Assembly: GCA_032718475.1 (NCBI GenBank)
Contig: JAUCBJ010001219.1
Coordinates: 1 to 39,010, forward strand
DNA from: Nemertoderma westbladi
Taxonomy: Eukaryota; Animalia; Xenacoelomorpha
DNA: 39,010 nucleotides
Direction: 5' to 3'
In this document: positions 14,201-27,083 of the stretch, piece after piece
How positions within the stretch are numbered: the stretch's first letter is position 1
Layout: each line of letters begins with the position of its first letter
The notes under the pieces: generated by a model
Told to the model about the DNA's origin: nothing
Seen by the model: the letters and a program-made list of their open reading frames with translations, nothing else
Database searches by the model: none
Program-made: the position numbers and the translations under genes

Positions 14201-15345
14201 ATTGGATATAAGTGTGTGCATACACTCCGTAATCGTTCTTTATTTATTGGATATAAGTGTGTGCATACACTCCGTAATCGTTCTTTATTTATTGGATATA
14301 AGTGTGTACATACACTCCGTAATCGTTCTTTATTTTATTGGATATAAGTGTGTACATACACTCCGTAATCGTTCTTTATTTATTGGATATAAGTGTGTGC
14401 ATACACTCCGTAATCGTTCTTTATTTATTGGATATAGGTGTGTGCATACACTCCGTAATCGTTCTTTATTTATTGGATATAAGTGTGTGCATACACTCCG
14501 TAATCGTTCTTTATTTTATTGGATATAAGTGTGTACATACACTCCGTAATCGTTCTTTATTTTATTGGATATAAGTGTGTACATACACTCCGTAATCGTT
14601 CTTTATTTATTGGATATAAGTGTGTGCATACACTCCGTAATCGTTCTTTATTTATTGGATATAAGTGTGTGCATACACTCCGTAATCGTTCTTTATTTAT
14701 TGGATATAAGTGTGTACATACACTCCGTAATCGTTCTTTATTTTATTGGATATAAGTGTGTACATACACTCCGTAATCGTTCTTTATTTATTGGATATAA
14801 GTGTGTGCATACACTCCGTAATCGTTCTTTATTTATTGGATATAGGTGTGTGCATACACTCCGTAATCGTTCTTTATTTATTGGATATAAGTGTGTGCAT
14901 ACACTCCGTAATCGTTCTTTATTTATTGGATATAAGTGTGTGCATACACTCCGTAATCGTTCTTTATTTATTGGATATAAGTGTGTACATACACTCCGTA
15001 ATCGTTCTTTATTTTATTGGATATAAGTGTGTACATACACTCCGTAATCGTTCTTTATTTATTGGATATAAGTGTGTGCATACACTCCGTAATCGTTCTT
15101 TATTTATTGGATATAAGTGTGTGCATACACTCCGTAATCGTTCTTTATTTATTGGATATAGGTGTGTGCATACACTCCGTAATCGTTCTTTATTTATTGG
15201 ATATAAGTGTGTGCATACACTCCGTAATCGTTCTTTATTTTATTGGATATAAGTGTGTACATACACTCCGTAATCGTTCTTTATTTTATTGGATATAAGT
15301 GTGTACATACACTCCGTAATCGTTCTTTATTTATTGGATATAAGT
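8296..15345. repeat. 45-bp minisatellite, about 156 copies (GGATATAAGTGTGTRCATACACTCCGTAATCGTTCTTTATTTATT)
   Basis: Read directly. Near-identical units differ mainly by A/G at one site, G/T at another and occasional +T or +GCGT indels. Confidence 0.99.
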
Positions 15346-15652
15346 TGTTATTTTTTTGGAAATTATTTTTCAAAAATTAATTTTCATGCCGTGACGCTTT
15401 TTTATACAATTACGTACTTATCCGGTGTGCCTAACGTGTGATACCGTACCTTCACGTACTTTAGTACCTTAATGAATTTATATGAATCGCTTTGCCTCGG
15501 TGCGCCATTAACTAATTCATCCTGCGCTGTAATTCCTCTAAGGTAAATTTTATTTTATTTTGTAATTAATGGATTGGCTGGAATTTTCCTTTCTCAACTA
15601 AATTAACTGATTGTTTTATTTTTATTATTGCCTCTGCTGTATACCGCATTAG

Positions 15653-15796
15653 GATCCTGAGTCAGTGATTACAACGAAGCACTCACTGAGTTGTAGGCCC
15701 CCTCTGCAGTCAGACACCGGCCCTGCTGGAACGGCAGACAGCAGTCAGGCCGAGGCGGCAGACACACGAAGACCCCCGCAAGATGAATACGACGCG
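15653..15796 (+). other. Possible isolated 144-nt exon (DPESVITTKHSLSC...PPQDEYDA)
   Basis: GC-richer island bounded by a T-rich tract plus AG (15651-15652) and GTAATT (15797), open in phase 0. An upstream AAG|GTAAAT donor at 15543 would give a 110-nt intron. No recognisable homology. Confidence 0.25.
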
Positions 15797-18275
15797 GTAA
15801 TTATTAGCCCGCTTTGCCGTTATTATTGTTTCATGTTTATATGTTTTCAATGTTTCTCACCGTTTGCCTAACTAACACAGTATGCATCTCATTGGCTGAC
15901 GTAGTTTGTTAGATGGTTGCTTGTATTTGTCGTTTCTAACATTAATCACCACTTCAAATGCGATTAATTTTTTCACAAATAGCATGTTCTGTGGACTCAA
16001 AGAATTATTATTAGATAGTTTTAACACGATCCTTAACAACAAACAATATGATCAGAAATCATCATAGCATCCATCAATGTCATTACAACAATAATACGTG
16101 TGGTATGCATCAAGGCGCATGTGAAGTATACCAGACTTTCTGCCGTTATATTTCACTTTGTAGTTTACCCCCCTGTGAAGAATACCACGTTTTCACTAGA
16201 AACACAGGTTACAGAAGGGCTGAATCTAACCAAAACAATAAACGAATTAGAATATGTACAGGTTAGAAGACAGAAATAAGCGCTATGAAATACTTAATAA
16301 GGAGAAAATTTGATAAATACCAATTCTTTATATATAAAATTCCATTAGAATTTCGAAAGAAAAATGAAAACTTGGTATTCTTCACATGGGCGGCATGATT
16401 GGTATTGTTTGGTATTCATTGACCTATATTTGCTTCTAAGTTGGTCCGCACTCATTGTTTTGCACGACACACACTACACGCTATTGGACATGTAGTGGTC
16501 ACTAAATGCACAAACTCACATCTAGTTCACTCGTTGGTTCCCTTTTTCAATTAATTTATTGGTTTTTGAAAAAATATACGAAACCTTTTTTTAGTTATCA
16601 TGTTAGACATAATTAGTGATAGGTTTGGTCCGTTGAGCACTAGCATGTTTTCTTGACCGTCATCTTGCAGTAATATGTTGGATTCTATCAACATTTTGGT
16701 ACAAGATGTGGTGCTAAAAGGTCGCTCATGATGTGAAACTTTACAAATAATGATCGCAACATTGTTAGTTGGCGATATAGATGAATCAATAATTTGTGTT
16801 GTAGTTATGGCTATATTTGATCGCAATGTGTCTCGTATTCCAGTTGCAAATTACTACGAAAAATAACTCCTTAGGAACTGTCAGTTTACTGGAGTTATAC
16901 GGATTCTATAGTTGTCGCAATTTCGTTTCTCCCAAGTTCAGTATTCCCTTCAAGCTGGTCTATATATGTTATAGCCGGTCGTCCACGGCTGCGCTTTCCA
17001 TGAGTTGGTTGCCAGTAAAGTAGATCTGGTATGACCTCGTCTTTACTTCGCCAGCAGTGCCCACTGAATCTTAATCTGCGTTCACGGAGGGTGGTTGATA
17101 CAGGTCGTATTGTACCATAAACCGCGTTTATCTATGTTGTCTCCAGCTGATGTTTAGGCATGTCATTATTAGACTAGTGTAAGAACCATCAAGTCGTTGT
17201 TCAAGTGATTTCGTCATTTACTAAGTCTAACCCCTGTATTTTGTCAGTGTCAGTTTCACTGACACTGTCAGTGTCAGTGTCATTTAGTCAGTTGGATTTA
17301 GTCAGTGTCCAGGTCTCACCCCCGTATAAAAATACACTTTCCACTGTGTCTCAAAAGAACTTAGTCTTCAAGTGAGGGTAGAGGTCTGATTTCCAGATGG
17401 TATCCTTTTTTATAGAGCTGCCCATGACTTTGCTTTCCAAACTTTCATGTCTTTATCGCTGCTCACTATCCATCACCCAATGTATTGGACGTCGTCAACG
17501 TTCTATATTTGATTATTATTGATGGTGGCTTGGATGCAACTAACATTAAAAGTGTAATCTTCTGTTTTGATAGCATTTATATGCAATTCAACCTCCTTAG
17601 CAGCTTTCCCTTTGTTCAGAAGAAGTTGTGCCTCTGCTAGCATATTTAAAAATTCCTGATTATTCACGTAACAGGTATGTAATTTAGAGGTAATACATAC
17701 CTCATCTCGTACAATTCCAACACCATGTTCTGGAATATAGTGACCAATGAGAACGCTTGGAATTTTAAATACAGATATTTTCAATATTTTTCGGTGAGTA
17801 AATCCCGAATTTTATTTTTTGCTTTCAAACGTATGCTATAATCGTTTAACGTTTAAAAATATTCTTCTGCAGCAATTTATCCTTAGTGCCGTCCTCACTT
17901 ACTTACTGCTTTATAGTTGGAAATTGAAATACAATATTTTTTCATTTTTCCCCACGACGGTTGTCATCGTATAACTTTTATTTACAGCGATTTCATTTCT
18001 CAAATATAACTTACAATTAATAGTCGATCTGCTTCATATAAATTTAAAAGGAAATATAGATTTATTCTGATTTCTTCAGTTTTTTATGTTACATTTATTT
18101 CAATTAAAAATGAATTCTTAACTTTTTGTTGCGAATTATTAATTGTATCTGACGCTAAATTATTATTAGATTTACATCACATTTACAATTTCACTATTTT
18201 TTTACTCACGCTTCGCGCAGGCAAGTAAATAAATGCACTGAACTACTCCTATAATGTACATTGTTTTTTCAAACT

Positions 18276-19019
18276 AGTCGCGATGTGGTTTTCCAACCGA
18301 GTCGCGATGCGGTTTTCCAACCGAGTCTCGATGCGGTTTTCCAACCGAGTCGCGATGCGGTTTTCCAACCGAGTCGCGATGCGGTTTTCCAACCGAGTCG
18401 CGATGCGGTTTTCCAACCGAGTCGCGATGCGGTTTTCCAACCGAGTCGCGATGCGGTTTTCCAACCGAGTCGCGATGCGGTTTTCCAACCGAGTCGCGAT
18501 GCGGTTTTCCAACCGAGTCGCGATGCGGTTTTCCAACCGAGTCGCGATGCGGTTTTCCAACCGAGTCGCGATGCGGTTTTCCAACCGAGTCGCGATGCGG
18601 TTTTCCAACCGAGTCGCGATGCGGTTTTCCAACCGAGTCGCGATGCGGTTTTCCAACCGAGTCGCGATGCGGTTTTCCAACCGAGTCGCGATGCGGTTTT
18701 CCAACCGAGTCGCGATGCGGTTTTCCAACCGAGTCGCGATGCGGTTTTCCAACCGAGTCGCGATGCGGTTTTCCAACCGAGTCGCGATGCGGTTTTCCAA
18801 CCGAGTCGCGATGCGGTTTTCCAACCGAGTCGCGATGCGGTTTTCCAACCGAGTCGCGATGCGGTTTTCCAACCGAGTCGCGATGCGGTTTTCCAACCGA
18901 GTCGCGATGCGGTTTTCCAACCGAGTCGCGATGCGGTTTTCCAACCGAGTCGCGATGCGGTTTTCCAACCGAGTCGCGATGCGGTTTTCCAACCGAGTCG
19001 CGATGCGGTTTTCCAACCG
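18276..19019. repeat. 24-bp CpG-rich minisatellite, about 31 copies (GTCGCGATGCGGTTTTCCAACCGA)
   Basis: Read directly. Units are essentially invariant apart from the first few. Confidence 0.99.
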
Positions 19020-20863
19020 GTGTTATTGGCTGCACAATTAGGATTACCTCGTCACCATTTCAAACTTGGGTTTGTCTTTCTACTTTTAACGGTTCTCAAA
19101 AAATTATGTTATTATTTGGTGGTTTTATTTTTATCCCGCTGTAACACATTCCTTCCGCCAGTGAGGGGGCGTTGCTGATATTATATTGTTTCAGTTTCTT
19201 TTGATTTCCAAAAATGCCGCTCTTTTAATATTTTATATGATGTGCATGTTGCCACAGCAATTCGGATTCACAATAACTATAATAGTGGCTGATTTTATAC
19301 GTTACATGCTATTTATATTATTTTCGAATATGTTTTATATAAGCATAATTTATTATTTCCCATATTTTGTATTGTTTCATTGGAAGGTTTGAAGATAACC
19401 TTACAAATTTTCTCATATTAAAATTCCACCAATAATAAAACTTTAATTAAGTCGATTAAAGTCACTGTGTGATTTCTTAAAATTAAATTTGAAATAATGA
19501 ATAACCCCTGTTTTGGATGTGAGCATTTCGTTTTGTTTAATTTTCGATGCACCAAAGCGATTCAATAGGCTCTGAATCGGGCAATCGTGTTTTAACTCGA
19601 CAGTGCGATAAATTTAGAATTTCTGCAACTACAACAACTGGAACTGTATGACCCGATGGTGGTCTGAATTTAATTCTTAAATTGTTACTTTTTGCAAAAT
19701 CAGAAGAAAAAAGCCGCTTTTCCATAGGAGAAACTGGGAAGAGGATTGTATGTATTTTATTTTTTTCCTGTTGAAAAAGATTTCTGAAATGGTATTATAT
19801 GAATGGAAAGAGCGTCGAAGTAGATTTTTACAGTTTTTTACAGATTTTTACAAGTAATTTTTCACGTAATTTGAAAAATATTTTTCATCCACTCAAAAGT
19901 TATTACTATTTTAGTGTCTGACCAGTTACAGCAACACCTAATAAAAATCATCTACAATTTTCTGTAGTTGAGCTCCTCTACTCCATAAATATTCCATAAA
20001 TTTTGAAAATACATTTCAAGAATTCTTTCCAGAATAACTACGATTTTTCGTATATTTATTTTAAAAAATCTATCAACGAAAGAAATAATGTACGAATTAC
20101 TTATATAAAAAAAGTAGAATTTTTTTATCATTATTTTCTCCACTATTTTTCCTCTATGGTTACATCCTCGTTGAAATCTACGTAAATAACATTGAAATCT
20201 AACACTTTTACAGGTTGGGTCCTTTAGTCGGAGCGTTGAAAAGAAATGAATAACTTCCAAAGGGGGGGGGGGGGGGGGGGGGGATTCAAACCGACAAATT
20301 TACTCAGAGTTTTTGTTGGAAATAAATCAGCTTGGCCGTACAGAGTGATATAAACTTTCTTTTATTTTATTTTATTAACATAAACTTTTAATATTTTATT
20401 TTCAGGTTAAGATAACATCTGTCATACCTATGGCTATAATAATGATCGCCATAATGTCCTACATAGTGAAGTCGTTGTTTGGGGTATGACTGCTAGATGG
20501 CGATCCTATTGGTTGACGCTCTGTTTCCATGGGGATAGATGCCTTGTTATCGATATGGAATCGTTCATTATAACTTTATAATATAATATAAATAGAATAG
20601 TTTTCGGAACTTATTGTTACATTTATATTTCTATCCACTATTACTTAATGTTTCCCTTCTGTATAATACTATGCTATGCTATATAATGATACAATATGCT
20701 AAAGATAGAATTTTTGGTTCATTTATTTTCAATGGGATGATTTTGCGATAATTATAAATTTAATTCTTAACTATAGTTTCCTTTTAATCACCTCCATTAT
20801 TTATAATCGTCTCACAGTCAGTGAAGTTATACGGTAGGACGCCATCTTCCGTAATATTGATTG

Positions 20864-21758
20864 AACACTCCTCCTCTGTTCCGATCTAGGAACACTCCTT
20901 CCCTGTTCCGATCTAGGAACACTCCTTCTCTGTTCCGATCTAGGAACACTCCTTCTCTGTTCCGATCTAGGAACACTCCTTCTCTGTTCCGATCTAGGAA
21001 CACTCCTTCTCTGTTCCGATCTAGGAACACTCCTCTGTTCCGATCTAGGAACACTCCTTCTCTGTTCCGATCTAGGAACACTCCTTCTCTGTTCCGATCT
21101 AGTAACACTCCTTCTCTGTTCCGATCTAGGAACACTCCTTCTCTGTTCCGATCTAGGAACACTCCTTCTCTGTTCCGATCTAGGAACACTCCTTCTCTGT
21201 TCCGATCTAGGAACACTCCTTCTCTGTTCCGATCTAGGAACAATCCTTCTCTGTTCCGATCTAGGAACACTCCTTCTCTGTTCCGATATAGGAACACTCC
21301 TTCTCTGTTCCGATCTAGGAACACTCCTTCTCTGTTCCGATCTAGGAACACTCCTTCTCTGTTCCGATCTAGGAACACTCCTTCTCTGTTCCGATCTAGG
21401 AACAATCCTTCTCTGTTCCGATCTAGGAACACTCCTTCTCTGTTCCGATCTAGGAACACTCCTTCTCTGTTCCGATCTAGGAACACTCCTTCTCTGTTCC
21501 GATCTAGGAACACTCCTTCTCTGTTCCGATCTAGGAACACTCCTTCTCTGTTCCGATCTAGGAACACTCCTTCTCTGTTCCGATCTGGGAACACTCCTTC
21601 TCTGATACGATCTAGTAACACTCCTTCTCTGTTCCGATCTAGGAACACTCCTTCTCTGTTCCGATCTAGGAACACTCCTTCTCTGTCCCGATCTAGGAAC
21701 ACTCCTTCTCTGTTCCGATCTAGGAACACTCCTCTGTTCCGATCTAGGAGCACTCCTT
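20864..21758. repeat. 27-bp minisatellite, about 33 copies (GGAACACTCCTTCTCTGTTCCGATCTA)
   Basis: Read directly. A few units have a 3-bp deletion. The array abuts the 5' end of the CRE-like element. Confidence 0.98.
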
Positions 21759-21759
21759 C

Positions 21760-24460
21760 TGCCTTGCCCCCAACTAGTAAACATATCGTTGATGCAAATC
21801 TTAATCAGCAAACCCACACACTTACAAGAGTCTCATCTTCAGAGATTTCATATAACCTTGAAACTGGGATCCCTACAAGTAAGTCTTCTGACCAGTCTCT
21901 CAAAGAAGCATTGGTTCTACTCAATGTTGTTAAGAGCAGCAAGACAATAATCCTGAAGTTCGTCCCTCGTGGAGCAAGAGTGCAGGTAGTTAATACACTC
22001 GACACATGTGTCCAGGCTGTCTTATTGTTCAATGATTACCAGTCCCGACTCCTGGTGCAAGCTCCTTCTTATGCATAACCTTTGCTTGATAAGACCAGAA
22101 AGAGGCAGCCGTAAGCAAGGAGTCTCATTGGCTTCCCTGGTCAAACGGCCTGTGCTGCATTTAACTCAGCACTGAATGTAGTTCAGTTTGCTGCTTAGTT
22201 TCCCAAAACATAACACTTCCACCAAGCGACGAAAGCTACCACCAGGTGACCCTGACAATCAAGCTCATCTTGCCTCCGCAATCTCTCAAATACTGGATGA
22301 AGGGGACATTAGGGGAGCAGTTCGCATTGCTACATGTGAAGACACTATAGAGCCTGTTGACCAAGAGACTTTCAATAAGTTGCAGGCAAAGCACCCATCA
22401 TGTCCTACCAACAGACACCCTTTCCCCGAACAATTGGATCCAGAGCTTAACTTCGTCAGCACCAAGGCTGTAAAACGAGGCGTTGAAAGCTTCAACCCGG
22501 GGTCGAAAGCTTCAACCCGGGGTCGTCTGCCGGCCTATCAGGTAGGTCTGCGCCCTCAACATTCAAGGATTTGATCTCTAAACGCACGGGTGACTCAGGA
22601 ATAACATTACTGTCATCCACAACAGGCTCTCATTTATGTTTGCCTAGCTGGAAATGTTCCATTATCTGTACGTCCCGTTCTGGTGGGAGTTTCCCTGACA
22701 GCTTTCAACAAGACAGATGGTGGCGTTCGTCCAATAGCCATTGGTGAAACCCTACGGCGATTAGCAGCAAAATGCGCTTCCCATAAGTTAGCTGACATGT
22801 TTGCAGATATATTTCCACCTCTCCAGCTTAGTTTCGGGATTTCTGGTGGAGCAGAAGCTGCTAATCCATGCTCTTACAGATTTCATTTTCAGTGGCCTCT
22901 GAAGGATATGATGTTGTTAAGCTAGATTTTTCAAAAGCCTTCAACACCATCCGTAGGGATCATTTAGCCGAACGCATTGAAGCACCAGAGCTACTTACAT
23001 TCTTCCGCCTTTGCTAAGAGAATTCCTCTTTCCTCCCATTCGGGAATTTCCTTTTATTCTCAGAGGAAGGATTCCAACAAGGTGACCCTGTAGCCGTTTT
23101 TGGGTTCTGTCTGGGCCTCCACCAGCAACTTAAAGATCTTCAGGCCTTACTCAAAGCAGGATACATTGATGATGTATCAGCTAGTGGAAAGTAGGATCAT
23201 ATCCTTGCTAAACTTATCAAGTTCAGGTCAGTTTGCGAGGTTATAGGCATTTGTCTTAAAAATAATGTAAATAAATGGGAAGTAACCATCTTCAACAGCG
23301 ATAAAGCACGGGATGACCACATACTGGGAGCTTTTCAGACTGTCTTCCCCAACATTTAGGGAGACATTTCCCAAAGACATCCTCCTCCTCGGTGCCCCAA
23401 TAGGCAAGACGGCTATAGAATCATCTGACTGATAAGCTTGCCAACCTCAATCTGTTCCAGTCCCGAGTTATGCTCCTGTGCAACCATGATGCCTTATTCT
23501 TGCTAAAAAAACTGTTTAGCAGTCCCTAAGCTTGTCTACTTGCTCCGGACAACACCAACTTTTACATTCCCTGATCTTCTGCGGCCTATTGACAACTGCA
23601 TTAAAGACACCCTGATAGATGTTACCAATTCTGAGCTTACCACTTCTATTTTCAAACAGACTTCTATTTTCAAACAGGCTTTCCTACCAGCTCTCTATGG
23701 AGGCCTTGGGATACCACCAATATCTGTGATTTCTACATGTGCTTTATTATCTTCCACATTAAAGGACTGCGCACAGCTATCTTTGACATAGGCGATGTTC
23801 CTCCATTCGCAGAGCAAGCCCAAGCACTAAAACTCTATGCGTTGACATATGAAATCCCAACAATCACCTCGAGACAACGTAACTGGCTTGGAGCTATTTA
23901 CTAAGCCCAATTCGACGAGCTGATTCACAGTTCGGATAATTTAGCTGTTTCCCGCCTGAAAGGCTGTCAAGCATCAGGATCAGGGGACTGGCTTAATGCA
24001 ATGTCTTCATCAACCCTTGAGATTCGTCTCAGACAAGCAGTTTGGAATTGCAGTTTCATTAGACGGATTGAGACTAGCACAGGAAACAAAAGGGCGGCTG
24101 AATTTCTTCGCCAACGTATTGGGGTGTGCATTCAGATTGGCAATGCCTCTTGCGTAAAAGAATCTTTCGGCTTAAAGGGCAAAATGGAGGTGTACACAGG
24201 GAGAGTCAGGGCTCCTTTAGACCAGACTGATGAATTATTGTTTAATTTGCCCTAAATGTTAATGTCCTACTATTAGTTCTTCCTTGTCTACCTTGTTGTT
24301 CTTGACTGTTGCCCTAAATTGTTTTTGTCATGTTCTATTGATTGATAACTGTGGTTTGTATAAATTTGTCGTTGTTCTACTGTATCAGTTCACTATTTTG
24401 TTCAATATTGTCATTATTCTGTCTGTTCTCAGTTTGTCCTAAAACATAATTATTATTCAC
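21760..24460 (+). mobile_element. Decayed CRE-clade non-LTR retrotransposon (reverse transcriptase pseudogene)
   Basis: Motifs occur in order across frameshifts and stops: LKFVPRGAR, LDEGDIRGAVR, LQAKHP, GLRPQH, KTDGGVRPIAIGETLRRL, KLDFSKAFNTIRR (22919), EEGFQQGDP (about 23063), GYIDDV (about 23159), LLGAPIG, LPALYGGLGI, SGDWLNA and the C-terminal FLRQRIGVCIQIGNASCV, then a T-rich 3' UTR. This motif set matches CRE/SLACS-type elements as I recall them. Confidence 0.85.
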
Positions 24461-24839
24461 TAAATACACCATGTCCTGGAATATAGTGTCGTTATTCAGG
24501 TACCTGCACCCCCTCCCAAATTTTTCTACACATCGTAATGAGATTGCATGAAATTTGAAACAGAGATACTTTCACCTCCCTCCTTCCTGGGTGAGCCAGA
24601 ATTTTTATTTTTTCTTTCTATCTTTAGCTACAAACGTTTGAATAAGGTGTCTCCGCCGATATTGTGCCAGTTACACCGCAGTTATTCGTCAACCTTATGC
24701 CGATTTGTTGATAGTGACGGAAATCTGGCCGTGCGAGGATTCCAAATATGTATCACAATCTGAATTTCGTCGTAAAGTAGCTGAGCTATGAGCGCTCTAA
24801 AGTTACATGGTTTTTCACCTGCGCAAGGCTATTTTATTA

Positions 24840-27083
24840 TCTATATATATAAATATCCTCTGTCTGTCTGTGAGTCTATGAGTCTGTGAGTCTATGAGTC
24901 TGTGAGTCTGTCCAAGCTATACGCTCCGACACACATGCACCAATCTGAGCAAATGATACATCGATCGAAAGCTCTCGTCCTGAGCACGTAAACTATCGCA
25001 ATCTCGAGGCTAATTTTACGCGTTTGCTTGCGTGAATGCGTATTTTGTGTTCGTTCGGGCGAAATGTATCGAATTATTTCGGTTCTTCTATCGGTAATTA
25101 ATTATTTAGAGGGGTAACATTTATCCCATCTGGTATACAATTAACATGAGTAGATTCGCCGTGTCCCATTCTCACAAAGTATTTATTTTATTCGAGTGTT
25201 TAATATAAATATGTATGATTATTTATTGATTAAAAATCAAATAGTGTATAAATATGTCATATTCGCCAAGCACGATCGAATTGGCCTATTCTTAGTGCTG
25301 TAGTGAATAGGGAAGGATTTTTTCCTGTATCATAGCAACGTTAAGGTAATTATTGAAATCGCAGCTAGCTGGCTGGGCACAGATAAGGAGCAAGCAAGCT
25401 GGAGTGTTGATTGGGGTGGGTTTGGGTTGTCTGTTGCGAATTGCTCAAGAGTAATTCTGCTTTCTCAATCATTGGCTGCATGGAAGGAGAGGTTTATAAC
25501 ATTTTTGTTTTACTGTTATGAATATTAAAAGTAAAATAATTATTTCTGTAGGCCTATACTTACTGTATTATTATTTTATCTAATATTATACATCTAATCT
25601 CGATGAAATCTCGCTTACTATAGCTCGTTAGATAGGTCTCGCCCTAACTCGTTGCAACGTAATACTCAGAGCCGTCTGAAGTTCCCCCATCTGCCGCTAG
25701 AGGGCGAATTGTCCGATAGTGAAAACCTGATCTCATTGGGTTGTTTTTAATGCTTTTGAGCTGAAACTTGGTAGCTATATACTGCAGCATAGGCTGTATA
25801 TTTCCGGAGTCACTGAGTTGTCCACAGTTCCCCAGTCTACCGTTAGAGGGCTAAATGTCTGAGAGTTAACATCTTCTCCAACTTTGTTATTTATAATCCA
25901 TTTAGACTGAACTTGGTAGGCATCTACTACAGCATAGGCTATATCTTTACTGAGTCGCGCAGAGTTGTCTACATTACCCGCGTCTGCCGCTAGAGGGCGA
26001 AATGTATGAAAGTTAACATCTCCTCCAACTTTGTTATTTACAATCCTTTTAGACTGAAACTTGGTAGGCATCTACTATAGCATAGGCTATATCTTTGCGG
26101 AGTAGTAGAGTCGTCTACAGTTCCACAGTCAGCCGCTAGAGGGCGAATTGTCTGAAAGTTAACATCTTCTCCAACTTTGTTATTTACTAACGGTTTAGAC
26201 TGAAACTTGGTAGGCATCTACTACAGCATAGGCTGTACCTTTACGGAGTTACAGAGTTGTATACAGTCCCCCCATCTGCCGCTAGAGGGCGACATATCTG
26301 ATAGTGAACACCTCATCCCATTTGGTTCTTTTTAATCATTTTGAGCTGAAACTTGGTTGGTATCTACTATATCATAGGCTGTATCTTTACGGGGTTGCAG
26401 AATCCTATTCACTTCCCCAGTCTACCGCTAGAGGGTGAAATGTCTGAAAGTTAACATCTTCTCCAACTTTGTTATTTACTAACGGTTTAGACTGCAACTT
26501 GGTAGGCATCTACTACAGCATAGGCTTACCTTTACGGAGTCACTGAGTTGTATACAGTCCCCCCATCTGCCGCTAGAAGGCGACATATCTGATAGTGGAC
26601 ACCTCATCCCATTTGGTTCTTTTTAATCCTATTGAGCTGGAACTTGGCAGGAATCTACTACAGCATATTCTGTATCTTTACGGAGTCCCAGAGTCGTCCA
26701 CAGTTCTTCAGTCTACCGCTAGAGGGTGAAATGTCTGAATGTGAACATCTACATCAATTTTGTTATTTACAATCTGTTTAAGCTGAAACTTGAAAGGCAG
26801 GCATTTTACTTCACCATAAACCCCATCTTTACCAAACTGCAGCGCCGTCTGCATTTCACCAGTCCGCAGGTAGAGGGTGGATCTGAAAGTGATCATTTTC
26901 TGGAAATTTTGTTATTTACAATCTGCCTAAAGTTGAAACTTGACAGTTATCTCTTATGGGGGTGGTGTTTTATTTAATGATGGTGTCTGTTCCGTATGCA
27001 GTTCTCAAATCTCCCACACATATTCATATATCATCTGCACGTGCACTCGAAAGCTGTGGCCCGAAGGGCCACAGGCTTTCTAG
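24840..27083 (+). mobile_element. Non-autonomous Helitron
   Basis: 5' TCTATATATATAAA at 24840 follows an A, then a (TGTC)/(TGAGTCTR) microsatellite. The 3' end has a GC-rich hairpin CTGTGGCCC-GAA-GGGCCACAG (27054-27074), then CTAG (27080-27083) and T. This is the canonical A|TC...CTAG|T structure with no TSD. Confidence 0.92.
25675..26950 (+). repeat. About nine diverged 146-bp tandem repeats inside the Helitron
   Basis: The core CCGCTAGAGGGCG or a variant recurs at 25694, 25840, 25987, 26133, 26279, 26425, 26570, 26716 and about 26867. Confidence 0.9.

Noticed and set aside
8306-15298. Long ORFs up to 1128 aa (IGYKCVHTLRNRSLF / DISVCIHSVIVLYLL repeats)
   Set aside because: They arise from a stop-free 45-bp unit, are open in several frames on both strands, and are broken at random by +T indels.
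16600-16660. MLVLNGPNL, similar to the type II dehydroquinase N-terminal motif
   Set aside because: It is an isolated short match, and the surrounding residues do not continue the family pattern.
18249-19178. 250-305 aa repeat ORFs (ENRIATRL etc.)
   Set aside because: These are translations of the 24-bp array in four frames, with no coding flanks.
20262-20283. G22 run (and C19 run at 28076-28094) as functional G-quadruplexes
   Set aside because: These are simple homopolymers of uncertain length, with no evidence of function.
20801-21817. Minus-strand Arg/Ser-rich ORFs resembling SR or protamine-like proteins
   Set aside because: These are antisense translations of the 27-bp array.
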